This document shows positions 9,316 to 18,207 of a stretch of DNA of 64,000 nucleotides, in pieces (positions within the stretch are counted from its first letter, which is position 1; each line of letters begins with the position of its first letter). The notes under the pieces were generated by a model, which was not told where the DNA came from, searched no databases, and was given only the letters and a program-made list of their open reading frames with translations. The stretch comes from Waddliaceae bacterium (GTDB lineage: Bacteria > Chlamydiota > Chlamydiia > Chlamydiales > Waddliaceae). The stretch spans positions 33,540-97,539 of the forward strand of contig CAVRUH010000011.1 in NCBI GenBank assembly GCA_963724325.1. The letters run 5' to 3'. Both the position numbers and the translations under genes were made by a program.

Positions 9316-11651
9316 AAAAATGTCATTTTATAGGGATTGGCGGAATTGGTATGAGCGGCTTAGCAAAACTACTCCTACAAAAAAAATCCATAGTCACAGG
9401 AAGTGATCTTGCAGAAAGCTACACGACAGAAAAACTAATCCAACAGGGCGCTACTATCCACGTGGGGCACTGCGGCTCCTATGTAACTCCAGACCTTACC
9501 GTAATTTACTCAACAGATATTAAGCCTGATAATCCTGAATATATCGCTGCCATTCAAAAGAAATGTAATGTCATCCATCGCTCAGATCTCCTCAAATTGC
9601 TTATGGAAGAAAAAAAAGCAATTGCCGTTACAGGAACGCATGGCAAAACCACCACGACCTCTTTGCTGACCTGCGTTCTCAAAGAATCCGGAGCCGATCC
9701 CTCCTTCGCCGTGGGAGGAATTATTCCTCAATACGATTCCAATGCCGGGCATGGTTGTGGAGATCACTTCGTGCTCGAAGCTGATGAAAGCGATGGGACT
9801 TTTCTTAAGTATCTGCCCTATGGAGCCATCATTACAAACATAGGTCTAGATCACATGAATCACTTCGGCAGCGAGGAAATTCTTGTACAAGCTTTTGAAA
9901 CCTTTATGCATCAGGTTCAATCTCATGAACATCTTTTCTGGTGCGGCGATGATTATCGGCTCCAAAATATTGCTAGGAAAGGAGTCTCATATGGATTTTC
10001 ACCAAATTGCGATTTAATTGTTCAAAATGCAAGGCAAGAGGGATGGAGCACCTTTTTTGATGCTATATATAAAGGAAAAAAATATCAAAATATAGAGCTG
10101 AATCTCATAGGTCGACACAATATCCTCAATGCGTTAGCCGTTTTTGGCCTCTGTATTCAATTGGGCATTGAAGAAGCAGCCATCCGAAAGGTATTTAGGG
10201 AATTCAAAGGTGTAAAGAGACGTGCTGAAAAAAAAGGGGAGCACCATGGGGTTCTTGTCATTGACGATTATGCGCATCATCCGACAGAAATTAAAACAAC
10301 TCTAAAGGGTATCAGGGAGGCCATTGGAGAAAGACGCCTAGTTGTGGTCTTTCAACCCCATCGTTATTCTCGCACACGCGATTGTCTTGGAACGTATGGT
10401 TCTATCTTCGAAGAAGCCGACAAATTAATCGTGACCGATATCTATTCTGCTCATGAAGAACCCATATCTGGTGTAAGCGTCGAAAAAGTGATGGAAGATA
10501 TCAAATTACCCGCCGCATATATTTCAAGAGTTCATCTTACACAAACATTATCGACAATTGTCCGTCCGCACGACGTTGTTGTTACTCTTGGAGCCGGAGA
10601 TGTAACAAAAATTGGTGCAGAACTTCTTGAACTTCTACGAAAAAACGGCGTCACTAAATATCAAGTAGGTGTTGTCTATGGGGGCCGTTCATCCGAACAC
10701 GAGGTATCTGTGCTTTCCAGCAGATTTATGATCGATAATCTCAAACAAGACCTTTACGATGTGCATGAATTTGCCATAAGCAAAGAGGGAACTTGGAACA
10801 ACGGAGATCAGAATATTTCACACGAAGTAATGACTCAAGTTCAAAAGTGCGATCTTTTTATTCCGATCACTCACGGTAATTTTGGAGAAGATGGCACCCT
10901 TCAGGGATTTTTCGAGATGCTCGATAAGCCCTATACAGGGCCCGATCATCGGTCCTGCGCCATATGCATGGATAAGGGCCTTTTAAAAGCAGTCTGGTTA
11001 AACCACGGAATTCGAACATCTCCTTTCATCGTTTTCACCCAGTTCCAATGGAATAATGAGCGCAATTCCATCATTTCTCAAATCCATCACAAGCTTCAAT
11101 ATCCAGTTTATGTTAAAGGTCCCCACTTAGGGTCCAGCATAGCCGTTTCTAGAGTAGAAAATGAAAATCAACTTGATGCTGCAGTCGATCTAGTGATGAA
11201 ATACGATTCGCAAATTCTTGTTGAAAACGAAGTCAAAGGTCGAGAAATCGAATTTGCTGTTTTGGGGAATGATCGTATAAGTGTATTTGATCCAGGAGAA
11301 GTGTCTCGCTCCGGAGACATCTATAGCTATGATGATAAATACACGGAAAATGGCCCTCCTTCTATCCTAAAAGCTGATCTTTCACCAGAAACATTGGCGC
11401 GTGGAAAAGAGATCGTAAAAGAGGCCTATCGGCTAGCAGGATGCAGCGTGTTTTCCCGAGTCGATACCTTTTTTACCGAAGATGGAAATTTCCTAATGAA
11501 CGAAATCAATCCTTTACCAGGATGCACTCCATATAGCATGTTTCCGAAAATGTGCGAGGCAAATGGTCTGAATGGACCGGAACTGCTAGACCGTATTGTA
11601 GTTCTTGCCCTTGAAAGAAAACGGATGCAACAGAAATATTCCAATGTTTGA
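9309..11651 (+). CDS. murC-ddl: Bifunctional MurC / D-Ala-D-Ala ligase fusion
   Basis: GIGGIGMSG, GTHGKTTT, EADESD and DDYAHHP (MurC), then GGRSSEHEVS, GEDGTLQG and NEINPLPG (Ddl); the fusion is typical of Chlamydiae. Confidence 0.96.
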   Translation: MLKKCHFIGIGGIGMSGLAKLLLQKKSIVTGSDLAESYTTEKLIQQGATIHVGHCGSYVTPDLTVIYSTDIKPDNPEYIAAIQKKCNVIHRSDLLKLLMEEKKAIAVTGTHGKTTTTSLLTCVLKESGADPSFAVGGIIPQYDSNAGHGCGDHFVLEADESDGTFLKYLPYGAIITNIGLDHMNHFGSEEILVQAFETFMHQVQSHEHLFWCGDDYRLQNIARKGVSYGFSPNCDLIVQNARQEGWSTFFDAIYKGKKYQNIELNLIGRHNILNALAVFGLCIQLGIEEAAIRKVFREFKGVKRRAEKKGEHHGVLVIDDYAHHPTEIKTTLKGIREAIGERRLVVVFQPHRYSRTRDCLGTYGSIFEEADKLIVTDIYSAHEEPISGVSVEKVMEDIKLPAAYISRVHLTQTLSTIVRPHDVVVTLGAGDVTKIGAELLELLRKNGVTKYQVGVVYGGRSSEHEVSVLSSRFMIDNLKQDLYDVHEFAISKEGTWNNGDQNISHEVMTQVQKCDLFIPITHGNFGEDGTLQGFFEMLDKPYTGPDHRSCAICMDKGLLKAVWLNHGIRTSPFIVFTQFQWNNERNSIISQIHHKLQYPVYVKGPHLGSSIAVSRVENENQLDAAVDLVMKYDSQILVENEVKGREIEFAVLGNDRISVFDPGEVSRSGDIYSYDDKYTENGPPSILKADLSPETLARGKEIVKEAYRLAGCSVFSRVDTFFTEDGNFLMNEINPLPGCTPYSMFPKMCEANGLNGPELLDRIVVLALERKRMQQKYSNV

Positions 11652-12453
11652 TGAATCGAATAATAAGCTGCCGATCAAAAGAGCCATTTCTTGGATATTG
11701 CTCTCCACGTTGCTGATTACCGGAACTCCGGTAGGCGCCCTGCTTTATTTCAAGCATCTTCGCAATCAAATGGAAAATGATAGTAAATATAATATCATTG
11801 CTATTGTCCAGCTAGGATCCGATAAAGACACTTTAAAAACTGAGTATTTAGCGGAACTGCTGGATCTCTCGAACAGTAAACCTACTAATCTCTATAAATT
11901 AAGCCTAGCAGATGCCAAAAAACGATTATTGAAGAGTCCATTGATTGCTTCTGTCGAGATCAAAAGGGTAAAGCCCGGCACCCTATATATTGATTACCGT
12001 GTAAGAAAACCCATTGCATATCTTGCAGATTTCACCAATACCGCTGTAGATAAAGATGGATGCCTCATTCCCTTTACTCCATTTTTTACTCCAAAAAATC
12101 TTCCAGAAATCGTTTTGGGCTCACTTGAAAACTGCATTTGGGGAACACAGTTGAAAGGTGAGGAATTTGAGTGGGCTTTAAATTTTTTGCAAGAAAATCC
12201 ACATCTGAACATTAGGCGGATCGATCTTTCCCAATATCATGCTTCCAGCTTTGGGAGAAAAGAGGTTGTTCTTGTTTTAGAATCCGCGGAGACCCGCATT
12301 TTGAGACTCTCAACGGAGAATATTCCCACTCAGCTCGAAAGCTATCATATTCTCGACCAACGCCTCCATCACGACCCCATCACCGCCCAAACTCTCATCA
12401 TCGACCTCCGCATTCCTCGACTAGCCTTCGTCAAATTATGGAGCGATCTCTAA
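11644..12453 (+). CDS. ftsQ: FtsQ/DivIB-like POTRA protein
   Basis: N-terminal TM, POTRA-like LLKSPLIASVEIKRVKPGTLYI, C-terminal IDLR; follows ddl. Confidence 0.7.
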   Translation: MFDESNNKLPIKRAISWILLSTLLITGTPVGALLYFKHLRNQMENDSKYNIIAIVQLGSDKDTLKTEYLAELLDLSNSKPTNLYKLSLADAKKRLLKSPLIASVEIKRVKPGTLYIDYRVRKPIAYLADFTNTAVDKDGCLIPFTPFFTPKNLPEIVLGSLENCIWGTQLKGEEFEWALNFLQENPHLNIRRIDLSQYHASSFGRKEVVLVLESAETRILRLSTENIPTQLESYHILDQRLHHDPITAQTLIIDLRIPRLAFVKLWSDL

Positions 12454-12797
12454 ACGATTGCTCGCTTGCGGCGCGTGCGCTGGGGTTGAAAGGGCATGCG
12501 AACGCCATTTTTAAAGATTGGAAGAATTTGTTCGTGTGGTTTTTCATTCTCTTCTATCCAGAGGTCATACTTTTGCTGTAAATTCAACCATAATTGCGGA
12601 CTTGTATCAAACGCTTCGGCTAGTTTTAATCCTATGGATGGGGTGATGCTCGCATGACCTGTTCGAATTTTGAAAAGTGTATTACGTGTAATTCCCAAAT
12701 GATCGGCCAGTTCTTGTAAATTCAACTGGAGCGTTTTAATATAATGCTCTTCCAAAATCCTTCCAGGATGGTTTGGCTTCCTACTTTTTACTTTCAT
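12450..12797 (-). CDS. higA: HigA-family antitoxin (Xre HTH); no adjacent toxin gene
   Basis: HPGRILEEHY, LQELADHLGITRNT and WLNLQQKYDL motifs. Confidence 0.88.
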   Translation of the reverse strand: MKVKSRKPNHPGRILEEHYIKTLQLNLQELADHLGITRNTLFKIRTGHASITPSIGLKLAEAFDTSPQLWLNLQQKYDLWIEENEKPHEQILPIFKNGVRMPFQPQRTRRKRAIV

Positions 12798-12856
12798 AAT
12801 CAATCTCCTAAATGTCTTAATAACCATACAGCTACCATGCGTCTATATTTCCTGAG

Positions 12857-12875
12857 TGTAACCTAAATGGTTACA
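12857..12875. promoter_or_regulatory. Candidate HigA operator
   Basis: Perfect 7-bp inverted repeat TGTAACC-taaat-GGTTACA between the divergent higA and ABC genes. Confidence 0.5.
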
Positions 12876-12944
12876 TGGAGTTAATTGAAATTTTATGAAT
12901 TCTATAATTGATAAAATATATCTTGTTTGGTAGAATTTCTTCCT

Positions 12945-13928
12945 ATGAGCATTATATCCGTAAAAAATTTGTGGAAGGAATTTCACATCCCCATCAGAAA
13001 AAAGGGGACTTTAGGTACCCTTTCTTCATTATTCTTCAGAAAATACGATGTCAAAACAGCTTTGGATAGCATTTCATTCGATATTGGAGAAGGAGAACTC
13101 GTTGGCTACATCGGGCCCAATGGCGCAGGAAAAAGCACTACAGTAAAAATTCTTTCCGGAATTCTCGTTCCAAACGGCGGCGATGTCCAAGTAATGGGAA
13201 AAACTCCTTGGAACCATCGCATCGAAACTGTCCGCCATATCGGCGTGGTTTTCGGTCAAAGAACCCAGCTCTGGTGGGATCTCCCCGTCATCGAATCATT
13301 CGATCTGCTCAAAGACATATATTCAATCCCCAACGCCACATACAAAAATAACCTCGAATCACTTATAGAAACCCTCGAAATCAAGAAAATTATTAATACT
13401 CCGGTCCGTCAACTCAGTTTAGGTCAAAGAATGCGCTGCGATATAGCAGCTTCTCTTCTCCATTCTCCCAAAATATTATTTCTTGATGAACCCACCATAG
13501 GCCTCGATGCTGTGAGTAAACTCGCTGTGCGCGACTTCATTCGCCATCTGAACAAAGAAAAAAAAGTGACTATTCTCCTGACCACCCACGATATGGACGA
13601 CATAGAATCACTATGTAATCGAGTTCTAATCCTCAATGAAGGAAATATATATCTCGACGGCCCCATCTCAAAATTAAGGGAGAAAATTTCTCCCGAAAGA
13701 CGTCTTATCATCGACCTTCAAAATGAAAATGATATGGTCGCAGATCCACATGCAGTCTTGGTTAAACAGGAAGGGCATCGTGTATGGCTCAGTTTTAATC
13801 CAACTATCACGAATGTTCCCGAACTTATAACACGCATCACCTCAAACCACCCTATTCAAGATCTGTTTATAGAAAATCCTCCTATTGAAGAAATTATTGC
13901 TAAGTTTTATCGAGAAGCAAATCTATGA
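12945..13928 (+). CDS. ABC-2 type exporter ATP-binding subunit
   Basis: GPNGAGKST, LSLGQRMR, FLDEPT and TTHD motifs. Confidence 0.93.
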   Translation: MSIISVKNLWKEFHIPIRKKGTLGTLSSLFFRKYDVKTALDSISFDIGEGELVGYIGPNGAGKSTTVKILSGILVPNGGDVQVMGKTPWNHRIETVRHIGVVFGQRTQLWWDLPVIESFDLLKDIYSIPNATYKNNLESLIETLEIKKIINTPVRQLSLGQRMRCDIAASLLHSPKILFLDEPTIGLDAVSKLAVRDFIRHLNKEKKVTILLTTHDMDDIESLCNRVLILNEGNIYLDGPISKLREKISPERRLIIDLQNENDMVADPHAVLVKQEGHRVWLSFNPTITNVPELITRITSNHPIQDLFIENPPIEEIIAKFYREANL

Positions 13929-14716
13929 AACCCTACTTGTCGATACTTAAAGCTCGTTTTGGAATTCTTTTCCAATACCGAGCAGCCGCTCTCGCCGGCC
14001 TGGGCACTCAGTTGTTTTGGGGTGCTATCAAAGTAATGATTATGCAGGCATTTTTTGCCCAGTCCTTTGTTCATCAGCCCATGAGTTTATCTCAAACCAT
14101 CACTTTTATTTGGCTGGGACAGGCCCTTTTACAACTTTTACCTTGGAACCTAGATAAAGAAATCGCAGAACAGATCAGAAATGGTGATGTTGCTTACCAA
14201 TTAGTGCGCCCGTTAGATCTTTATTGGTCATGGTATTATCGGGCATTGGCTATGCGGATCGTACCCACATTCCTTCGTGCCATTCCACTATTTATTGTCA
14301 GCTCCCTATTCTTTGACCTCGCAGCTCCTGTCTCAATAACTTCTATATTTGGATTTGGCTTTTCTATTGTCCTAGCTACCCTGTTGTCAGCTTCTATTAC
14401 TGCATTGGTGATCATCAGTCTATTCTGGACAATTTCAGGAGAAGGCATTGTACGTTTAATGCCGCACACAGTTGTTTTGCTTTCTGGAATGGTTATCCCG
14501 CTGCCTCTTTTTCCTGAGTGGATGCAGCCTTTTCTAAGTCTTCAACCATTTCGCGGTATTATCGATATTCCTGCCAGGATATATACAGGATTGATCCCTT
14601 CTAATGAAATTCCTCTCTATCTTGCTTTCCAGTTAATTTGGATGTTTATCATGATCTTTATCGGAAAAGCTCTGATCTCCCGTGCCATCAAACAATTTGT
14701 GGTCCAGGGAGGATAA
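13925..14716 (+). CDS. ABC-2 family permease
   Basis: Hydrophobic profile, IRNGDVAYQLVRP, C-terminal VQGG; ATGA overlap with the ATPase gene. Confidence 0.88.
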   Translation: MKPYLSILKARFGILFQYRAAALAGLGTQLFWGAIKVMIMQAFFAQSFVHQPMSLSQTITFIWLGQALLQLLPWNLDKEIAEQIRNGDVAYQLVRPLDLYWSWYYRALAMRIVPTFLRAIPLFIVSSLFFDLAAPVSITSIFGFGFSIVLATLLSASITALVIISLFWTISGEGIVRLMPHTVVLLSGMVIPLPLFPEWMQPFLSLQPFRGIIDIPARIYTGLIPSNEIPLYLAFQLIWMFIMIFIGKALISRAIKQFVVQGG

Positions 14717-14719
14717 AGG

Positions 14720-15511
14720 ATGAAAACCATACGTTTATATTTGCGACTTGTCGGAATATCTTTCAGCTCTCAAATGCAATATAAAGCCTCATTTTTCATG
14801 TTAACGATCGCTCATTTTCTTTCAACTTTTGTTGATATTTTTGGCATCTGGGTCCTTTTCGATCGATTCAAAATGATTCAAGGTTGGACCCTTCCCGAAT
14901 TGGCAATATTGTACAGCATTATGCAGATGGGTTTTGCAGCGGCCGAGTCCACCGCACGTGCATTTGATAATTTTGGTCAACTTATCAAAAGAGGGGACTT
15001 TGATCGTGTTCTTCTGCGACCTCTAGGAAGCCTTTTTCAGGTGGCTGCTTCTGAGATTCAACTCATGCGTCTCGGTCGATTTTTCCAGGGGCTCACAGTT
15101 TTGCTCTGGGCGTGCAACAGCCTAGATATTACTTTTTTTTCTTACCAAACATCGGTTATTATTTTTTCAATTGCGGGCACCGGTTGTCTATTCTATGGAC
15201 TAATGGTGCTGCAGGCAACTTTATCATTTTGGACGACAGAAACTCTCGAATTAATGAATATCACAACCTATGGAGGCCTGGAAACAGGTCAATATCCAAT
15301 GTCGATCTACAAATGGCCTCTGAGAGCTTTTTTCACTTTTATTATTCCTCTTTCCTGTGTTGCATTCTATCCGATGAGTGCTCTTCTTAAACAAGAAACA
15401 ACCTATTCCTGGATCGGCATTGCCGGACCCTCCCTAGGCATCATCTTCCTGCTTCTATCCTTCAAATTCTGGAAGCTAGGCGTTCGCCACTATCACTCCA
15501 CAGGCAGCTAA
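14720..15511 (+). CDS. ABC-2 family permease
   Basis: GDFDRVLLRP, YPMSIY and C-terminal YHSTGS motifs. Confidence 0.88.
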   Translation: MKTIRLYLRLVGISFSSQMQYKASFFMLTIAHFLSTFVDIFGIWVLFDRFKMIQGWTLPELAILYSIMQMGFAAAESTARAFDNFGQLIKRGDFDRVLLRPLGSLFQVAASEIQLMRLGRFFQGLTVLLWACNSLDITFFSYQTSVIIFSIAGTGCLFYGLMVLQATLSFWTTETLELMNITTYGGLETGQYPMSIYKWPLRAFFTFIIPLSCVAFYPMSALLKQETTYSWIGIAGPSLGIIFLLLSFKFWKLGVRHYHSTGS

Positions 15512-15538
15512 AATTTATAATTCATATCTTGCCATTCA

Positions 15539-15612
15539 CAGGGCCGAATAAATTCGGCCCTGAAAAAGACCCAATGAATTGGGCTCGGAAAAAGACCCAA
15601 TTCATTGGGCAC
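15539..15612. repeat. Three clustered REP-like short palindromes
   Basis: cagggccgaataaattcggccctg, gacccaatgaattgggc and gacccaattcattgggc, separated by A-runs. Confidence 0.75.
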
Positions 15613-15682
15613 TCTCATATTCGGAGTCGTCTTTTTTAGGAGAATTCCATTAATATATAGAGGTTCTTGTAATTATTCATAT

Positions 15683-15799
15683 AAAATAACAGGATATGCA
15701 AGATCGCAAGCGGCGGCTGCTTTAAAATAAAAAGTAATTGACATCATCTTCCTAAAATCCTTCATATCCTGCCGCTTGCGATCCTGCATATCCTGTTTT
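15683..15799. repeat. Palindromic element, CAGGAT family
   Basis: aacaggatatgcaagatcgcaagcggc ... gccgcttgcgatcctgcatatcctgtt; same arm sequence as 23521-23631. Confidence 0.85.
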
Positions 15800-15919
15800 C
15801 CTTTTGTAGGGTGGTTAACAAGGTACAATATCAATGATCTCTCCCGTTGGGATATGAATGATAAGAAGGTTGTTTTTTATTGATAAAAGAAAGAAGATAA
15901 ATATTAAAAGGAGCACTCT

Positions 15920-16240
15920 ATGTCATCACTTATCGAAATTCATTGGACCTGCGGCAATATCGATGAGGCTAGAAAAATATCTAGACATCTAGTCAACGAA
16001 AGGCTAGTAGCCTGCGCGCAAATTACTCCATGGATTGAATCTATCTATCTATGGAACAACCAGTTAGAAACTGCACAAGAATCAAAAATCACCCTGAAAT
16101 CAGAACTTGCCCAGTATGATGAAATCAAAGAAACCATCGAAAAACTCTGCACATACGAGGTTCCCGAAATTACGTACACAATTATTGACGGAGGAAACGA
16201 AAATTACCTAAATTGGGCGGCAGAAAGTGTAAAAAAATAA
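15920..16240 (+). CDS. cutA: Divalent-cation tolerance protein CutA
   Basis: LVACAQI, SIYLW and YEVPEI motifs. Confidence 0.92.
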   Translation: MSSLIEIHWTCGNIDEARKISRHLVNERLVACAQITPWIESIYLWNNQLETAQESKITLKSELAQYDEIKETIEKLCTYEVPEITYTIIDGGNENYLNWAAESVKK

Positions 16241-16320
16241 ATTTAAATATTCTTTTGTAAAAAAATTACTTTATGGTATTTTGCTGTATATGGAGTAAAT
16301 TTTTAAACAGGAAGAATTAT

Positions 16321-16686
16321 ATGGTTGCTCTAAATAAAGTCATGATCGCAGGCCGTCTAACAAGGAAACCAGAACTGCGTACAACACCCAACGGCGTTGC
16401 AGTAACTGACCTTCTCATAGCCCTAAATAGAGACTTCACTACACAAAATGGAGATAAACAACAAGAAGTTTGCTTTGTAGACGTAGTAGTTTGGGGAAAA
16501 CAAGCCGAAGCCTGCGCTTCTTCTTTAGATGTTTCCTCTCCAGTATTTATTGAAGGAAGACTTCAATTAGACGTATGGCATGGCAAAGAAGGGGATAAAC
16601 GGTGCAAACTACGAGTGGCTGCCGAAAGGGTGCAATTTCTCGAAAGAAAAAATAGCCCCGATCTCAAACAAGAAGTCACAGTCTAA
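16321..16686 (+). CDS. ssb: Single-stranded DNA-binding protein lacking the acidic tail
   Basis: LNKVMIAGRLTRKPELR, VVVWGKQAE and VFIEGRL motifs. Confidence 0.9.
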   Translation: MVALNKVMIAGRLTRKPELRTTPNGVAVTDLLIALNRDFTTQNGDKQQEVCFVDVVVWGKQAEACASSLDVSSPVFIEGRLQLDVWHGKEGDKRCKLRVAAERVQFLERKNSPDLKQEVTV

Positions 16687-16745
16687 TAGCTATTCTCCAA
16701 TAAAATGTCCTGTCGTGCTATAATGTTAGTGGAGGTAATTATAAT

Positions 16746-17096
16746 ATGAACCCAAATGGCATATACAGGAGATCAGTCGAAGGACTTGAAATATTCCGCC
16801 TTTCAGGCAAATTAAATGCAGATAATGCTGTATACACACAAAAAAGACTTACAGACGCAATAAACGAGGGTCACAAAAAACTCGTTATCGACCTTCAAGA
16901 TCTTGAAAATGTTGATAAAGTTGGAATGCAAGCTCTACTCCAAACACAAAAGAAAATTACTGAATCTAAAGGTGAGATGGTCCTCTCCTCCCTCAATAAG
17001 AAAATCATGGACGTTTTCGCTATCGCCGGTCTCGACCGCATTTTTGTCCTAGCAGGTAGTGAAGATGAGGCCATCAACAAAATGAAAAAATCTTAA
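16746..17096 (+). CDS. STAS-domain anti-sigma factor antagonist (RsbV-like)
   Basis: LSGKL, VIDLQDLENVDKVG and VFAIAGLDRIF; position before miaA matches chlamydial rsbV. Confidence 0.8.
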   Translation: MNPNGIYRRSVEGLEIFRLSGKLNADNAVYTQKRLTDAINEGHKKLVIDLQDLENVDKVGMQALLQTQKKITESKGEMVLSSLNKKIMDVFAIAGLDRIFVLAGSEDEAINKMKKS

Positions 17097-17108
17097 TATT
17101 GGTTTGTT

Positions 17109-18143
17109 ATGTCCACTTGTTCTACCGAAGTTAAAGAAGATATAGAAAGAATATTCATAGGATTCGCCGTCGAAGCCCAAAAACAGATGTCTGGAGAAAT
17201 CTACCTCCCGAAAAAAAGAATCATTGTTCTAGCTGGTCCTACAGCAGTTGGAAAGTCTGAATTTTCTATACAACTAGCCAAAGAAATTGGAGGGGAAATC
17301 GTTTCCGCCGACTCCATGCAAGTCTACCGCGGCATGGACATCGGGACAGCAAAAATACCCCTGGAACTACGCCAGGAAGTACCTCACCACTTAATTGACA
17401 TCAGAAATCTAAACGAACCCTTCAACGTCGTCGACTTCGCCTTCGAAGCTCGTCAACAATGTAAACAAATCCTGGATCGTGATGGCGTTCCGATAGTTGT
17501 TGGCGGATCAGGATTCTATATTCATTCACTCATTTATGGCCCCCCAAGTGGTCCTCCGCCTGTTCCTGAATTAAGAAGAGCATTGCAAATGGAGCTGGAT
17601 GCTTTGGGCCCTGACATACTCTACGAAAGACTTCGCAAGCTTGATCCCAAATATGCCTCCACCATCACCAAATTTGATAAACAAAAAATTATCCGCGCAC
17701 TTGAAATTATTTCCCTTTCCGGAGACCTAGTTAGCCGAAATATCTGGAAAGGACAAAAAAATCCTCAAACCTTCGATTTCCGTTGCTGGTTTCTCAACCG
17801 GCCAAAGACCGCCCTCCACGAAAGAATCAATGAAAGATGCGATGAAATGATCAAACTGGGATTCTTGGATGAGGTAAAACGTCTTGAAGCAGAGGGGATT
17901 AGAGAAAATTCTTCAGCGGCCCAATCCATCGGCTACCGCCAAGCTCTCGAATATCTTCAATCTCCACAAACTGAAGCCGATCTCCAAAAATTCATCGCCG
18001 ATTTCAAGCAAGCTTCAAGAAAATACGTGAAAAGACAGTTCACTTGGTTCCGCCAAGAACCCCTGTTTCGCTGGCTGGATCTCGACCTCCACGACACGGA
18101 AATTGCTATAGATATGATCCGTCAAGACTATGAAATCGTTTAG
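17109..18143 (+). CDS. miaA: tRNA dimethylallyltransferase
   Basis: GPTAVGKS, SADSMQVYRGMDIGTAK and KRQFTWF motifs. Confidence 0.97.
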   Translation: MSTCSTEVKEDIERIFIGFAVEAQKQMSGEIYLPKKRIIVLAGPTAVGKSEFSIQLAKEIGGEIVSADSMQVYRGMDIGTAKIPLELRQEVPHHLIDIRNLNEPFNVVDFAFEARQQCKQILDRDGVPIVVGGSGFYIHSLIYGPPSGPPPVPELRRALQMELDALGPDILYERLRKLDPKYASTITKFDKQKIIRALEIISLSGDLVSRNIWKGQKNPQTFDFRCWFLNRPKTALHERINERCDEMIKLGFLDEVKRLEAEGIRENSSAAQSIGYRQALEYLQSPQTEADLQKFIADFKQASRKYVKRQFTWFRQEPLFRWLDLDLHDTEIAIDMIRQDYEIV

Positions 18144-18207
18144 TCCTTTACTGAAAAGGCAGAAATAGTGTACAATACCCGTGAAATAAGAGGTATGGCT
18201 AAAAATT

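Noticed and set aside
9309..11651. MurC-Ddl fusion as a novelty
   Set aside because: This is a well-known chlamydial feature
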